Below are positions 62,450 through 64,000 of a stretch of 64,000 nucleotides of DNA, in pieces. The DNA is from Escherichia phage W22, in sequence record PV159336; one strand, given 5' to 3'. A model generated the notes under the pieces. It was given only the letters and a program-made list of their open reading frames with translations, made no database searches and had not been told where the DNA came from. Every line of letters starts with the position of its first letter. The stretch's first letter is position 1. Made by a program: the position numbers and the translations under genes.

Positions 62450-63397
62450 TTAGAAACAGTGCAGGAAGTTTCGACCATATTGCAAACCAATAGGAGCAAA
62501 CGGGATATCATCATCGAAATCTTGAACAACAGGTTCTGGTTCTTTCGGTGCTGGCTCTTTCTTCTCTACTTTTTTAGTTTCTTTCTTAACATCTTGTACT
62601 GGAGTAGACATTCCACGGATAGCAGCAGCTACTTTATCAGACAAAGCAAGAACTTCACGAGCAGCTTCAATAATCTCTTCTGCCGTTACAGTTTTACCTG
62701 TATGATCACGACAAGCGTTAAGAATTGCGTGTCCAACTGAAGCACCAAGATCATAGTCAGTCACATCAACACCACGATCTTTAGCAATTTCAGCTTTCAG
62801 AGTAACAGTTGCAGATTGTACCACACCAGCCAAATCGAAAGCATCACCTTTCACACCAGCACGTAGAAGCTCCAGAGCGCCGTTTACAGCGTGTCCTGTT
62901 TCAATCCCTACGGTATCACGTTTTTTGTAGTTAGGCTTGTTACCGTCATTATTAGATGGCTTATTTCCACCTTTTGAAGAGGATTGCGCTTGCTGAACAC
63001 CTTCTGTTGAAAGAATAGTGATTTTACCTTTAGAGGAGTTGTAGTATGTTTTACCATTCCATTCGGAAGGTTTAACATCCATAGTTAGTTCTACGCCTTT
63101 TTCGATAGTAACCCACTTATCACCATCTTTAACTTGCAGGTTTTCATGTTCTGGGTGCAGTTTAACTTCACCTAGGCTAACCCAAACACCTTTATCATCA
63201 GCACCAGCACCTTTCTCTTTAATAAGCAGAGATGCTTTGTGAGTTGATTCAATTTTCTTATCTGGCTGACCTGCAACCTTAATATAAGAGACTTTCATTT
63301 CATCAAACTTATCTAGCTTGACATATTCGACAATACCTTCAGCCCAGAATGCTTCTTTTTTAGTACGACGGTCGATTTCAGAATTAATTACTGGCAT
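62450..63397 (-). CDS. ssb: single-stranded DNA-binding protein-like
   Basis: 315 aa; C-terminus ...VQDFDDDIPF matches the acidic DDDIPF tip of bacterial SSB; Gly/Asn/Lys-rich linker. Confidence 0.55.
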   Translation of the reverse strand: MPVINSEIDRRTKKEAFWAEGIVEYVKLDKFDEMKVSYIKVAGQPDKKIESTHKASLLIKEKGAGADDKGVWVSLGEVKLHPEHENLQVKDGDKWVTIEKGVELTMDVKPSEWNGKTYYNSSKGKITILSTEGVQQAQSSSKGGNKPSNNDGNKPNYKKRDTVGIETGHAVNGALELLRAGVKGDAFDLAGVVQSATVTLKAEIAKDRGVDVTDYDLGASVGHAILNACRDHTGKTVTAEEIIEAAREVLALSDKVAAAIRGMSTPVQDVKKETKKVEKKEPAPKEPEPVVQDFDDDIPFAPIGLQYGRNFLHCF

Positions 63398-63413
63398 AAA
63401 TTCTCCTCTATAA

Positions 63414-63812
63414 TTACATTACTTTAACACAAAACTCTCGTAAAAGAGTAGCGTCAGTTTCTTCCAACAGGTATTTACCAAGACCAATACCAAATCCTAT
63501 TTCACCACTTTCAAAATGGAGAATTTGTATCTTTTCTCCACCAAGGTTAATTACTTTTGCTTTTCCAGGATTGTCCAAAACATCTCGTATTGTGTCCTGT
63601 AGTAGCATTAGTTCACGTTTTGTGATAGTGGTTTCAGATATCTCTTTGTCTTCTACCCGCACTGTTAAACGGTTGTATCCACCAAAGAGACATAGTATTT
63701 GAATAAAAAAGGTATTATCTTGAGGTTCAACATCTTTTTTAGTTAGTTCAAGACGATTAGTTTCTCTACTGTAGAACGTCTCGACTAAGATTTTAGAACG
63801 ATTGTCTGTCAT
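63414..63812 (-). CDS. hypothetical protein (132 aa)
   Basis: ORF track. Confidence 0.4.
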   Translation of the reverse strand: MTDNRSKILVETFYSRETNRLELTKKDVEPQDNTFFIQILCLFGGYNRLTVRVEDKEISETTITKRELMLLQDTIRDVLDNPGKAKVINLGGEKIQILHFESGEIGFGIGLGKYLLEETDATLLREFCVKVM

Positions 63813-63855
63813 TCAAGTCCTCATAATAACACATAATTGTAAGGTTTGTCAACAC

Positions 63856-64000
63856 TTAAATCTTAAATTCTTCGTTGTTAAATGAATCCAGTGTACGTAC
63901 TTCTGGTTCTTTGGGAATGAAAACGTCTTTTACAAAGCGGAACATAGGGAAACGTTCTGCCATTTTACGGACGTGTGCTTCTTTACCTGTGTATCGGTGA
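63856..64000 (-). CDS. hypothetical protein, C-terminal fragment (gene starts beyond window end)
   Basis: Manual minus-strand translation ...AHVRKMAERFPMFRFVKDVFIPKEPEVRTLDSFNNEEFKI ending at TAA 63856-63858. Confidence 0.3.
   Translation of the reverse strand, partial: HRYTGKEAHVRKMAERFPMFRFVKDVFIPKEPEVRTLDSFNNEEFKI

Noticed and set aside
1-64000. Whether the window is a prophage or genomic island in a bacterial chromosome
   Set aside because: No integrase, attachment-site repeats, host housekeeping genes or rRNA; gene content throughout is virulent-phage type

Overview
The window reads as a contiguous piece of a large virulent tailed dsDNA phage genome (myovirus-like, with Felix O1 / rV5-like gene content), not bacterial chromosome. 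All calls are from manual reading of the sequence and ORF track; no searches were run. tRNA and regulatory coordinates are manual and may be off by 1-2 nt. Layout: (1) 1-15156, minus-strand early genes: NrdA N-terminus, ThyX, thymidine kinase, HNH endonuclease, DnaQ-like exonuclease, RdgC-like, MazG-like, DNA ligase, a kinase / RNA ligase / phosphoesterase trio and many small unknown ORFs. (2) 15157-15527, AT-rich divergent control region. (3) 15528-18226, plus-strand PRPP-synthetase-like plus nicotinamide phosphoribosyltransferase-like pair (NAD+ salvage or reconstitution). (4) 18970-21860, a cluster of about 16 confidently folded tRNAs plus 4 atypical tRNA-like elements, with promoters and small ORFs between them. 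(5) 22342-61234, plus-strand late genes: spanin pair, large terminase carrying an apparent mini-intein in its P-loop, portal, scaffold, major capsid, sheath, tube, chaperone with a -1 frameshift site, tape measure, baseplate, and several receptor-binding / enzymatic tail proteins. (6) 61270-64000, minus-strand DNA methyltransferase and SSB-like genes. Most notable: the three-gene RNA end-healing/sealing operon beside the tRNA cluster, the terminase intein, the NAD+ module, and a GC-shifted tail cassette encoding a virion-anchored EEP-family hydrolase.
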